From Thecamonas trahens ATCC 50062 (Eukaryota > Protista > Apusomonadida): a DNA stretch of 64,000 nucleotides. The stretch is taken from assembly GCF_000142905.1 (NCBI RefSeq), contig NW_013657623.1, forward strand, positions 191,175-255,174. The letters are read 5' to 3'. Numbering within the stretch: the first letter of the stretch is position 1; each line of letters starts with the position of its first letter. Below are positions 54,938 through 64,000 of the stretch, one piece after another. The translations under genes were made by a program, and so were the position numbers. The notes under the pieces were generated by a model. That model was given only the letters and a program-made list of their open reading frames with translations. It ran no database searches and was not told the DNA's origin.

Positions 54938-55840
54938 ATGTCCATCTTCCCGCCACCGCCGCCTGCGCCGCCTCCGCCGCCTCCGCCAGCTGTCCCGGGC
55001 TTCTTCACCATGGAGTACTTCTGCGAGAAGGCGTATCTCACCGTGTGCAACGCCACGGCGGTGCGGTATGTACCGGACGAGGCCAAGTGCATCCCGCCGA
55101 CGCTCACCTCGGGATCGCTGACACTGCAAGAGCCGTCACTGGTCATTGTCGGCCTCGTCTCGGCCATCACCGCCTGGTACTCGGCCTACCGCATCGCCAT
55201 CCATGTCAAGGGCGGCGCGCTCGAGTACGCCTCCTTCTACGGCCTGCTGGGGACCAATATACTGTTCCTCGTCCTTCTACGGACCCTGGCATACGAAGCC
55301 TCCATCATCCACACCGTCATCCTGGGCCTCACCATGGTCCTCACTTCATGGACGTGGTCATCGCTGCTCTTCTGCGGCCTCGCAGACCTCGCCTTCGTTC
55401 CCATCGCCCTTGCCCCTCGCCTCAAGATCTACATCCCGTTCCTCACTGTCATCGGTGTTGGTGTCCTGGCAGGCGCTGTCTCGGGCTGGCATCCACTGCT
55501 GTTTGTATTCTACTACACCGTGCCCATCGCCTGCTTTGTCCTCTTCCTCATCCTCGAGGCGCGGGTCGTGTACACCCTCACCTCGCACCGTCGCAAGGCC
55601 ACTATCTGGATGGGCATCGGCACTGTGGTTGTCATTGCCGCAGTCACTGCCTCCACCGCAGCCTCCAAGTACCTCTGCCTCGCCTTTACCTCCAACTTTG
55701 ACGGCACGTTTTTCTTCTACATCCTCGTCGACGTCGCGTCCACTGTCCTCTACCAGTTCCTCTCTGCCACCAAGACCGGCCTCGACCCCGACGTCCTCAA
55801 CATGCTCCGACTCCAGCGCGACGTGGCGCGCGGAGCGTGA
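54938..55840 (+). CDS. 7-TM protein resembling the chitin synthase export chaperone Chs7
   Basis: FCEKAYLTVC, C after the N-loop, GALEYASFY, SLLFCGL, LFVFYY, S.YLC.....FDG.FF..L...A...LY.F...T follow the Chs7 motif order. Confidence 0.65.
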   Translation: MSIFPPPPPAPPPPPPPAVPGFFTMEYFCEKAYLTVCNATAVRYVPDEAKCIPPTLTSGSLTLQEPSLVIVGLVSAITAWYSAYRIAIHVKGGALEYASFYGLLGTNILFLVLLRTLAYEASIIHTVILGLTMVLTSWTWSSLLFCGLADLAFVPIALAPRLKIYIPFLTVIGVGVLAGAVSGWHPLLFVFYYTVPIACFVLFLILEARVVYTLTSHRRKATIWMGIGTVVVIAAVTASTAASKYLCLAFTSNFDGTFFFYILVDVASTVLYQFLSATKTGLDPDVLNMLRLQRDVARGA

Positions 55841-55922
55841 GCGGCACCGAAGATGAGCACCGTGACGCGTGGAGAGCGTTGCAGCTTTGCTGCCCTTCTC
55901 GCTTGCGCCGGCGCTTGCGCGT

Positions 55923-58674
55923 CTACGCAATGTCAAAGCCAGCGCTCTCCATGATGGAGAGACGGAGCTTGTTTTCAAAGACGGCGCGCGAGGGATAGAC
56001 TGGCATGTTGATGCGATTGAAGCACGAGTGGGCGTACATGAGGCGGTCGGCCGAGCCTGGGAGGCTGTCAAGCTCAAACTGCTTCGGCCCGTTGGAGCCA
56101 ACGAGGTGCGCAAAGCCGCCGAGCGGGACCCGCGAGGTGCCTGTGGCAAACGAGAGCAGCCGCGACCGCTCCTCGTCGTTGAACGAGCGGACAATGTCCC
56201 AGAACCAGCGAATTTGCTTGTGCGAGGACGAGAACGGGCCCGAGTACGTGGTGTGCGCCTGCCAGTCGTCGACGTCGATCGTGCCGAGACCCGAGATGAG
56301 GTATTCGAGCTGGCGCGAGTCGAACCGCTCGAGGAGCGCCAGGTCAAAGACATCAGCGATGCCGGTCCGGATCGCCTCCATCTGCTCCTCGACCGAGTCG
56401 AACAGGTAGTAGTTCATGAGCAGCCCGATGTACCGCGCCTTGTTGGCGTCGGTCACGTCGATGTTGCGCCCATCGGGAATGAGGTCGATGACAACCTCGG
56501 TGCCAAAGGTGTGCTCGACAACCGAGAACGTCTCAAACAAGATGTTGTCGATCGAGTTGGACGAGGCCCACGCCAGCGAGTTGTACGTCTCGAGGTCGTA
56601 CGACTGCATGTCACGCAGCGTCGCCGGCCGCCGGAGGAGGTGCTTGTAAAAGGCAGGCGTAAAGTATGCCTCCATCAGCTTGCCGTTGCGGATAGCAAGG
56701 CCGATGGTCCGCCCCACCAGCCGAAACAGCCGCAGGTGGTCATCGGCCACAAGACCCGAGTGCTTGTTGATCTGCAGCGTACCGGTGTCCGACCCACAGT
56801 ACTCAAACAGCCCGTAGTAAGGTGAGAACATCGACTGTGAGATGGTGGTGAAGAACTCGCGCGAGAGACCGCCGTAGTCCAGCCCGGCTTCGCCGTCAAA
56901 CTGAACGCGAAAGTACCGCTTGAGTGCGGTAGAGTCGAGCGCCATAATCCGTTGGTACGCGTCCTCGAACAGCCGGTCACGCGAGACTGTGATGAGGGTC
57001 TCGCCCGAGACCGACGGCAGCTCGTTGTGGAGCGCGGCAAGCTGATTCTGAAAGCCGGTCGCGTCGGCCGAGCCGGCCGCCGTCGACATCGATGGCCCGG
57101 CGCCGTCGCCTGACTCGCTTGCCAGCCGCGGGTCGGTCCACGTCGTTGACTTGGACAGGTGATTGACGTAAAAGACCGAACCATCGCCCATAATCTTGCG
57201 CTCCCAGCCCGGCGGGAACGCGCCGCGGACCTCGTCATGGTAGCTCTCGAGCTCAGAAAACTCTTCACCCGGAGCGTTCCATTGCGAGAGCCACAAATCA
57301 ATGTTGATGTAGTACAGTCGGTGCGTCACCGCCATCACCCGCCGCTCCCAGCCGTCCTCCAGCGGCGCGTTGGCTGCCAGCACCGTCTGGACGTCGACAT
57401 GGAAGGTGTCCGCCGGCCCGGGCACCCGCGGATCGTCCCACGTTGTTTTGCGGAGCGAGTGGTTAATGAAATACGGCTTGGCCGCGCCCTCGCTGCCAAG
57501 CTCCCACCCCGGCGGCATCGGCCCGAGCTGCTTAGTCCGCCACCACACCGGCGATGCCGCATACGTGTCCGAGTCCTCGGACGGCGCCGAAGTCACGCTC
57601 TCGTCGTCGCTGGCGACGTGAGCAACCAGCGAGCCGTCGCCGACGGACCACATGGAAGTGTCATCAACCGAACCAATTGACGAGTTGAGGTCGGCTGCCG
57701 CCAGCTGCGGCGGCGCCTCGTAGGTTACACTCTGTGCTGCGTGGTTGAGGTAGAAAATGCGCCCATGGGCGTCAAACTTGGCCTCGTAGTCGGACGACGG
57801 GCCCAAGATCGAGTTGAGCCGCGCGAGGACCGAGTCTTGGACCGAGACTGTCCACGTGGCCGGCGGAGCGCCGAGCGAGAGTGCGAGGGTCACAACGCCG
57901 ACCGCATCCTCGTCGACCGCATTGCCATGCTCGTCGACATGGGCATTAGAGGCTGCAAAGCGGGCATTACGCTCCGCCCGCGACAGCTTGCCCATTGCCT
58001 TGTACTCTTTCTTGGGGTAGAGCTTGAAGGTCTTGACCACACGTAGGTCGTCGCCCTGAACATCGCTGAGAGTCAGGTCTATCAAGCGGAGAACAGCCAC
58101 ACCAAGCCGGTCCGAGAGGCTCTCGGGCGTGGCCTCGTCTAGCCACTGGCGGATCTCTTCGTCGGCAGCGACATAGCCACCCATAAACGACGAGCGGAAG
58201 ACGTTCTTGTTGGCGATCTTGACATCAAAGGCCGATGACGACCAGCTCAGCTCCTTGACAAACGTCTCCAGCGGCCATGCATACCTCCGATTCCACTCGG
58301 GCTCGAGAGAGTCGGTCACGTGCGGCGTCTCCAGCGAGAGCTTGCCGAACCGGACCTTGAGGTACGGGTCCTTCTTGGTTGCCTCCTGGTACTCGGTCTG
58401 GGGTGCGTGGCAAGGGCGAGTGAGAGGGGTGAGGGAGGGAGGGAGGGAGGGAGGGAGGGGAGGGAGGGAGGGACGGGAGGTCATGTACGTACGCCCGTGA
58501 GGAACGATGCCTTGACGGCGTCAATGCGGACCTGTTGCGAGACGAGGGGGGCAGGGGGGAGCGTTAGTGGAGGAAAGGGGGGGGGGGGGGGGGGGGGGGG
58601 GGAGGGGGCAAGGGAGGGAGGGGGAAGGGGTAGCCTACCCAAACACCACTCCTGGAAAGACGTGTGCTCTGCAT
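55923..58674 (-). CDS. NEDD4/Rsp5-family C2-WW(x4)-HECT E3 ligase; exons 58674-58639, 58531-58493, 58397-55923
   Basis: Spliced N-terminus [12 protein letters not shown]|[13 protein letters not shown]|TEY..DPYLKV (C2). Four WW repeats. [32 protein letters not shown]. Confidence 0.93.
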
Positions 58675-58932
58675 GTAGTTGGAGGGACAAAGTGGGTCGA
58701 GTGGTGTTGTGGGCGTGAGGGTCTCAGTGGTCTAGTGGTGGTGCCGGTTCTTGCCATGCGACGTGAGAAGGCGTGGAAACCTGTGACGGACAGTGGGGGG
58801 GGCAGGGCGTGCCACTGTGAGCGGGCGGGGGCGGTGGCGGTGGCAGGCAGGGCAATGGCAGGCACCTGGACACCTGTCTGTTGTGAGGGGAGAAAAGCAG
58901 AGAGTGTGTGTATGGGAGGTTATAGAGCAGGT

Positions 58933-60213
58933 ATGAGTGTGGTGGTCGTGGTGGTGGCGGTGGCGTTGGTGGCAGTGGTAGCTGGTGGTGGCGGTGGCGG
59001 TGACCGGCGCGAGGCGACAGGGGTGGTCAGTGGCCAGAGCGCAGCGGCAGCGGCATCGCCCCCGCCCCCGGCTGCACCAAAGAACCCATGTGTGTACAAA
59101 AACTATGACGTGACCAAGTTCTCCAACGGTGGCAAGGGATACAAGGTTGCTGGAACGGGCAAGGCTGCCGACTTGAACTACGTCTTTGATGTCTGCGTCG
59201 CACTCAACGACAAGACCTCGGCCTGTCCCGAGAGCGGCATTGTGGCTTGCCAAGAGTCGAGCGACAAGAGCGATACGTTCTACTTGGGCAAAGTAGACGA
59301 GGCCACTCCGTCGTTCTTTCCTAAGCACTCGCCGGAGGGCATGATCATGGTGTACGGAGGAGGCCACTTTGAGCTCAAGTGTCTCAAGGCCAACCAGGTC
59401 CACTTTGAGTTCGAGTGCGCGCCGGCTGTCGACGGGCCGATCACATGGTCGTTTGTGTCGGCTGACGACTGCGTCACCGTGTTCAAGACGAGCCACAAGG
59501 ACGCATGTCCGTTTGCGCCTGCCCCGCCACCTCCGCCGCCGACCCCCGCCCCAACCCCCGCCCCGACCCCTGCCCCGACCCCTGCACCGACGCCAACACC
59601 TGGGCCGACGCCTGGGCCGACGCCTGGACCGACGCCTGGGCCGACGCCTGGCCCGACGCCAGGGCCGACGCCTGGGTCGACGCCGGGGCCGACGCCTGGG
59701 CCAACACCCGGACCAGCGCCTACGCCGAGCCCCGGCCCGCCGCACCGCCCGCCGCCACCGACGCCGTACTCGCCGACGGTGACTGGCAGCAGCTCTGGCA
59801 GTCCGATGGGCAAGACCTGGAGCCGAACCGACATCATTGGGCTGACCATCGGGGTTGCGCTTGGGTTCTCTGCGCTCATCTTTTGTGCGCTTGGTTGGTT
59901 CTTTGCCATCAAGAAACGTGCGCTCCGCCGCGAGTACGAGGTCCTCGACGCTCGACGCTCCGCAGCGGAGGACCGGGCGCGCCTGTCGCTGCAGTACGGC
60001 GCGTGGGACGACGGCGTCATTGGCGACGACATGTACGGCGACGGTATTGGCGGCCTTGTGCGCGAGCCAATGGACACCAGCAGCATGGTCAAGGTCGACA
60101 AGTATGGCCGCAACCTACCGTCGTTCTGGAGAATGGGCCGCACGCCAAGCGGGCATTACTTTTACTACAACACCCGGACCCACGCCCGGACTTCGCAGCG
60201 GCCGTTCTCGTAG
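58933..60213 (+). CDS. Type I membrane protein: signal peptide, MRH (M6P-receptor/ATG27-like) domain, PTPG stalk, TM, cytoplasmic WW domain
   Basis: YD..K, YVFDVC, ACQ...YLG, MVYGGG..C...F.C, C...[41 protein letters not shown] sorting motif. [23 protein letters not shown]. Confidence 0.75.
   Translation: MSVVVVVVAVALVAVVAGGGGGGDRREATGVVSGQSAAAAASPPPPAAPKNPCVYKNYDVTKFSNGGKGYKVAGTGKAADLNYVFDVCVALNDKTSACPESGIVACQESSDKSDTFYLGKVDEATPSFFPKHSPEGMIMVYGGGHFELKCLKANQVHFEFECAPAVDGPITWSFVSADDCVTVFKTSHKDACPFAPAPPPPPPTPAPTPAPTPAPTPAPTPTPGPTPGPTPGPTPGPTPGPTPGPTPGSTPGPTPGPTPGPAPTPSPGPPHRPPPPTPYSPTVTGSSSGSPMGKTWSRTDIIGLTIGVALGFSALIFCALGWFFAIKKRALRREYEVLDARRSAAEDRARLSLQYGAWDDGVIGDDMYGDGIGGLVREPMDTSSMVKVDKYGRNLPSFWRMGRTPSGHYFYYNTRTHARTSQRPFS
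59540..59730 (+). repeat. 12-bp tandem repeat encoding a (PTPA)/(PTPG)n stalk
   Basis: ccgacgcctggg units. Confidence 0.9.
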
Positions 60214-60219
60214 CCGTGC

Positions 60220-61606
60220 TCACGCCGAACAGCCTGCCTCTATCAGAACCTCCATGATTGCGGTTCGGCGTTTGCGCCGCGCAATGTCCGCCGCCCGGTT
60301 GTTGCCGATTGTAGGATCAACCCGCGGGTCAGCGAGCAGCATCTGCACCAGCTCCAAGCGATCACAAAAGACAGCGTACCCGAGCGCAGAGCCGTTTTCA
60401 GCGTTGGGGTCAACGCGCGTGTCAGCAAGGAGGATCGAAGCAATGTCGGCGTGCCCACACTTGATCGCCAGCGCAAGCGGGGAAGGCGGTCGACGACAGC
60501 GGTGACGTCGGATCGGCCGTCGGCGAGTAGCAGCTCGACAACGGGCGCATGGCCGTTCTCGATGGCAGTGCGGAGTAAAGCATCAAAGTCGACACCAGTG
60601 CCTACACTATCATCGCTTAAAAGGTTCGCCACGGTCGTTGCGTCGCCGCTCACCGCAGCGCTCAGCAGCGTCGCTGCGCGGTCGATGGCACGGTTGATGC
60701 GGCTGTCGGCGAGGAGAACTTCAAGCGTCTTCCCGCCGCCGCGCCGCAGCGCATCGTCGACAAGCTCGGCGGCGATGGTCGTCGGATCTATCTGTGGATC
60801 AGCAAGGAGCAGGGTGATTGCACCCACATGGTGCTTGCGGACAGCCCAGCGGAGAACGTAGTTGTCGTCGGCTGTAGGGTCGACGCGAGGGTGGGCGAGG
60901 ATCGAGTTGACAAAGTCGACGATGCCGATTTCGGCAGCCGTCCGGAGCGCGATATTGTGGTCAAAGGTCGTGTCGAGGTAACGGTGGGCAAGAAGAAGGT
61001 CTACAACCTCCACTTGGTAGAAGGTGATGGCAGACTCGAGCGCCAGCTGTACTGCTCCTGCTCGTAGCCGCCGTCAGGCGCAGCGTCGAGAAGGGCGCGG
61101 ACGGCAGCAGCATCGCCGCGCACCGCGGTGTCGCGCAGTGAGGCCTGACAAGCAGCCGCGTCCGCAAGTGGAACAAGAACATCAAAATGCTGCGTGAGGT
61201 CCGCGATGGCCAGCGCTTCCAAAGTCGAAGTTGTGCCGTGAGAGAAAGCCACTTTCCACGAGTTCGCCACTAGCTTGCGGCAGAGCAACTGCCAGTGTGG
61301 ACAATCAGGCTCCGGTGCAGTGACCAGCGGCGATCGAAGCGAGTCCACAAGTGGAAGCACCCGATCGGCAGGCGGAGTCTCGCAGCGGGTCAAGGCAAGC
61401 CTCGCCGCCAGCCAGAAGCGACGGGCCACACACGCTTGCATGCCGAGCGAAGCCCGGGCCAGAGCCAGGCTATGCGGCGAGCCGAGGAGGGCAGCATGGA
61501 GGCGCTTGCAGGTAGACGCAAGCGCCACAAGCGAGGACGGAGCAAGAGAAGACGGCGAGGCGTAGGCAATGCGGTGAACGAGCTCGACAGGGAGGGTGTC
61601 GAGCAT
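60220..61606 (-). CDS. F-box-like plus ankyrin-repeat (DPRVDP-type) protein, ~462 aa; two apparent -1 frameshifts (~61057 and ~60480)
   Basis: LDTLPVELVHRIA..L.ALASTCKRL (F-box). Repeats ALRTAAEIG, LAHPRVDPTADDN, AIENGHAPVVELLLAD. The alternative frame continues AIKCGHADIASILLADTRVDP...LLADPRVDPT to TGA at 60220. Confidence 0.75.
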
Positions 61607-61964
61607 GGCAGGCAGGTCGAGAGCAGTGGTGCCGTGCTCTCAAGGTCGGTGACGAGGCTTGCGATGCGACAAGCGAAGACACAGCCGCCGTCACCTCGAG
61701 AGGCACACGCGTCTCGGGAACCACAAGCGAGAGCTTTATGTCGAATGTGCCAGACACGGATGTGCGTGATGATGAACGGTGACTGGCTCTAGCTGCGGTG
61801 AGCGACCAGAGGCGGCGGAGCCAGATGTCGAGGAGGGTGCCTGTGGGCAAGCGCGAGGCTGTGGTGGTCGTGAGGAATGCCAAGCTGGTGAAGGAAATAC
61901 AGGCGAGGCCGCTGCGCAACGTTGGAATGCACCCTGAGATGGAGGGGGTGCTGAGTTGGAATTA

Positions 61965-63997
61965 GTATGGCAAGTGATGGTTGACGGATGGCAATGTCGG
62001 AGTCGGGGATGAGGATGGCGGTAAGTTGGAGTGGGGACAGGACGAGGATGAGGAGGAAGAGGAAGCCGAGTGCGCGATGGGATGGTGGTGGGCATGGCCA
62101 TGGCATGGGGGTGGGTGCTGTGGCTGGAATGAAAGTGGTGGTGATGAAGTAGGGGGTGAGGGTGGTGGTTGGGGGTAAGGGGCGTAATGAGTATGGTAGG
62201 GGGGGATGAGGGGGGTCGTGGAGTGGAGGCGTGGCGGGCGGCTTATATCTCCATTGGATATTGGGGGTAAGGGGCGGTAATGAGTATGGTAGGGGGGGAG
62301 TGAGGGGGGTCGTGGAGTGGAGGCGTGGCGGGCGAAGTGATGGTGGGTATGGCGATTGGGCTTGCGGATGGATGTGGGTGGGTATGGTGAGGATGAAGGG
62401 TGTGTGTGGGGTGGTTGATGAGGGTGGAGGGGCTTGGGTGGCGAGGGAGAGGAGGGCGGGACGGATTGGATTGAGATGGACGTCGATGGAGACGATGGCT
62501 TGGGATTGGACGAGAAGGCAAACCACTGCACTGTAGCCCACCACTGCATTGCCTATCGTTTGCCCTTGCCCTCTCTTGTTCTTCCTTGTCTTGGCCAGCC
62601 CATGGGCCTCGTCGTCTGGCTCGGTGGTCGGTGGCAGGGGCGGCTGGCGATGAGCAGGCCGGCGGGGGCTGTGATGGGCAAGGCCGGAGGAGGGAGGGGA
62701 GGTTTGGGTTGGAGAGCAGACTGGTAGTCATTGCTATTGCTGTGGCTATCCGTATGCATCGTCTCCAATGCCCTGTCGATGGCGAGCTTGCTCTCGGTGG
62801 TGCCGGCGATGGTCGGTCGGCGGCGGGCGGCGGTCAGCGGCGAGCAGCAGACAGCCGGCAGCGGTGCTGTTGACGGGATGGTGTCGGCTGAGGTACGTCC
62901 ACACGGGCGGAGGTTGGATGGGTGAGGTTGTAGGGATGGTGGGCAGGTGTGGTGTGGGTGTGGTGGTTGTGGGTGGGGATGGTGGGGAGTGGGGGTCGGA
63001 GATGGGCCCGCGGCGGGGGGTGAGCAGCATCGAAACGACACCAGGACAACAAGTTGGGCCTCAGGTGGCAGAACTCGGATTCCGGAATACTGCAGCTGTG
63101 GATTGGAGACTGTGCAAAGGGGTAGTGTGGGCATGTGGTAGATTAGTAGTGAAATCAGATTGGCCATATCTTGTAATGAGGTTGGTGGGGGGCATGTGCG
63201 GGGTCGGGCGGTCGAGGACGTGCTCAACCACCTAGGCAAACAAGTCGACGCGGAAATGAGCCGAGGAAGATGGGAATCGATGACAGCGATATTGATACTG
63301 GAGATAGTGTGGAATGTGACATGACCTTGCGTGTCGTCACGGGTTGCGTAGCTGGTGGTGGGAAGGAGCTAGGTGGTGATGAAGGTGGGCTGATCGGGCG
63401 AGCGGGCGGGTGTGCATGGCTGCGAGTTGGCTGTGTGGAGGTCGGGACAGGTGGGTCATGGCTGGGTGGCTCGAGATTGCTGTTGGTTGGCGATTGGGCA
63501 GTATGAATAGTGATGGTTGAGGGGTATGGGTGTCAGGGTCGGGGGAGAGGATGGAGGTGACATAGAGCGGGAAGACGAGGAGGATGAGGAGGAAGAGGAA
63601 GCCGAGTGCGCGATGGGATGGTGGTGGCGATGGCCACGGAATGAGGGTGGGGGCTGTGGCTGGGATGATAGTGATGGTGGTGGGGTAGGGGGTGGGGGTG
63701 GTCGTTTATGGTGACGGGTGGTAATGAGTATGGTAGGGGTGGATGAGGGGGGTCGTGACGTGGGGTCCTGACGGGCGAAATGGTAGTAGATATGGCGATT
63801 GCGCTTGAGCATTGATGTGGGCGAGTATGATACGGCTGATGGGTGGGTGTGGGGAGTGGGCAATGAGGGTGGAGGGGCTTGGGCGGCGAGGGGGAGGAGG
63901 GCAGGATGGATTGGATTGAGATGGACGTCGATGGGGACGGATGGCTTGGGATTGGAGGACAATGTAGACCACTGCACTCTAGCCCACCACTGCATTG
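61965..63997. repeat. Two diverged copies of a ~0.5-0.6 kb G/T-rich element (~61965-62551 and ~63500-63997); copy 1 has an internal ~92-bp tandem duplication
   Basis: Shared gaggatgaggaggaagaggaagccgagtgcgcgatgggatggtggtgg and ggattggattgagatggacgtcgatgg...ccactgcactgtagcccaccactgcattg. Offsets 1536 and 1446 bp. Confidence 0.85.
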
Positions 63998-64000
63998 GCG

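Noticed and set aside
59540-59730. Regular short repeats as a CRISPR-like array (also 27610-27790 and 53155-53245)
   Set aside because: Contiguous tandem units without unique spacers; two of them are coding.
61789-63995. Pro/His-rich minus-strand ORFs (MQWWA...) in the terminal repeats
   Set aside because: Reading frames are not conserved between the two copies, and composition differs from genuine CDS.

Overview
GC-rich, gene-dense eukaryotic genomic DNA with spliceosomal GT-AG introns (donors mostly GTACG) and three N gaps. Gene content and style suggest a free-living protist close to opisthokonts, possibly an apusomonad such as Thecamonas; this is inference only. About 21 protein-coding genes are supportable: a long-tailed H3 variant, canonical H3 with a 3' histone stem-loop, M1 aminopeptidase, GT10 fucosyltransferase, ATM1/ABCB7, a 12-TM protein with three AWPM-19-like units, a FYVE protein, a protein with a duplicated Cys/His motif, a divergent WW-DOCK protein, a (KG)n protein, ubiquilin, TAF8, an SBP receptor with pseudokinase/pseudocyclase domains, a bacterial-type CorA-like protein, a large RNA-repair fusion, exportin-5, GPx7/8-like peroxidase, RabGGTase alpha, CAF1, a Chs7-like protein, a NEDD4-like E3, an MRH-TM-WW receptor and an F-box/ankyrin protein. 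Nine apparent frameshifts, each a single missing base and mostly at short homopolymers, split real genes in the ORF track. Repairing two of them gives the main finding: one ~1650-aa RNA end-healing/sealing protein (KHA-like, T4 Rnl1-type ligase, HAD nucleotidase, degenerate 3'-5' exonuclease, 2H phosphoesterase, R3H, P-loop kinase). It lies between a CorA-like membrane gene and exportin-5. All family assignments come from motif recognition by eye; no database searches were run.
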